DNA of 36,225 nt from Candidatus Hadarchaeales archaeon (GTDB taxonomy: Archaea; Hadarchaeota; Hadarchaeia; Hadarchaeales; Hadarchaeaceae), in assembly GCA_038851075.1 (NCBI GenBank), contig JAWCLG010000010.1, positions 1 through 36,225 on the forward strand, written 5' to 3'. A program made the translations under genes and the position numbers. The notes under the pieces were generated by a model. The model worked only from the letters and a program-made list of their open reading frames with translations. It did not search any database and was not told the DNA's origin. Below are positions 36,088-36,225 of the stretch, one piece after another. The stretch's first letter is position 1. The number at the start of each line of letters is the position of its first letter.

Positions 36088-36225
36088 CTAGAACGGCAGT
36101 GGTTTGATGAACTCCTTTCTCCTCTCCAGCAGGTCGGCCGCAAGCTCACCGTGCTTTCTGATGATGCTGCCCAGATCCATCGTAACCAGCTTTCCTCCCT
36201 TCACAACAACCCTTCCGTCAACCAT
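36088..36225 (-). CDS. C-terminal end of a probable amidohydrolase (SsnA/8-oxoguanine deaminase-like), truncated by the window edge
   Basis: The minus frame reads MVDGRVVVKGGKLVTMDLGSIIRKHGELAADLLERRKEFIKPLPF*, matching the V.GRVVV..G.L.T.D tail of metal-dependent deaminases. Confidence 0.6.
   Translation of the reverse strand: MVDGRVVVKGGKLVTMDLGSIIRKHGELAADLLERRKEFIKPLPF

Overview
Archaeal chromosomal window, mostly housekeeping, with a euryarchaeal-type gene order. A Hadarchaeota-like lineage is a low-confidence guess. Left arm: a 5'-truncated GLUG-repeat surface protein, MFS transporter, tpiA, a frameshifted membrane-protein gene, tRNA-Thr(UGU), Rqc2/NFACT, EMC6-like protein, short XPF nuclease, class I lysS, nucleotidyltransferase, cutA, site-2 protease, SAMP-like protein and NcsA/TtuA. 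These are followed by the SRP (7S) RNA, tRNA-Ser(GCU) and tRNA-Val(UAC). Middle: a long minus-strand conserved cluster (eno, rps2, MEMO1, ipk, fni, RNase J, GGPP synthase, gltX, rpl7ae, rps28e, rpl24e, ndk, Zn-finger, infB, hppA, rps6e, eif2g, PIN, rpoE', spt4, HD protein). Right end: an accessory Rid/YlmB-like/Rid/Fe-ADH cluster and a truncated amidohydrolase. The most striking observation is a 20-nt insertion (12579-12598) in helix 8, the SRP54-binding site, of the SRP RNA. It folds as a bulge-helix-bulge (BHB) intron, and its removal restores the canonical CAGG-NNN-GGAA-NNN-AGCA motif. The same window holds a two-intron tRNA-Thr (30/31 and 37/38) whose BHB folds compete, and an intron-containing tRNA-Ser. 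All calls come from manual reading and motif recognition; no searches were run.
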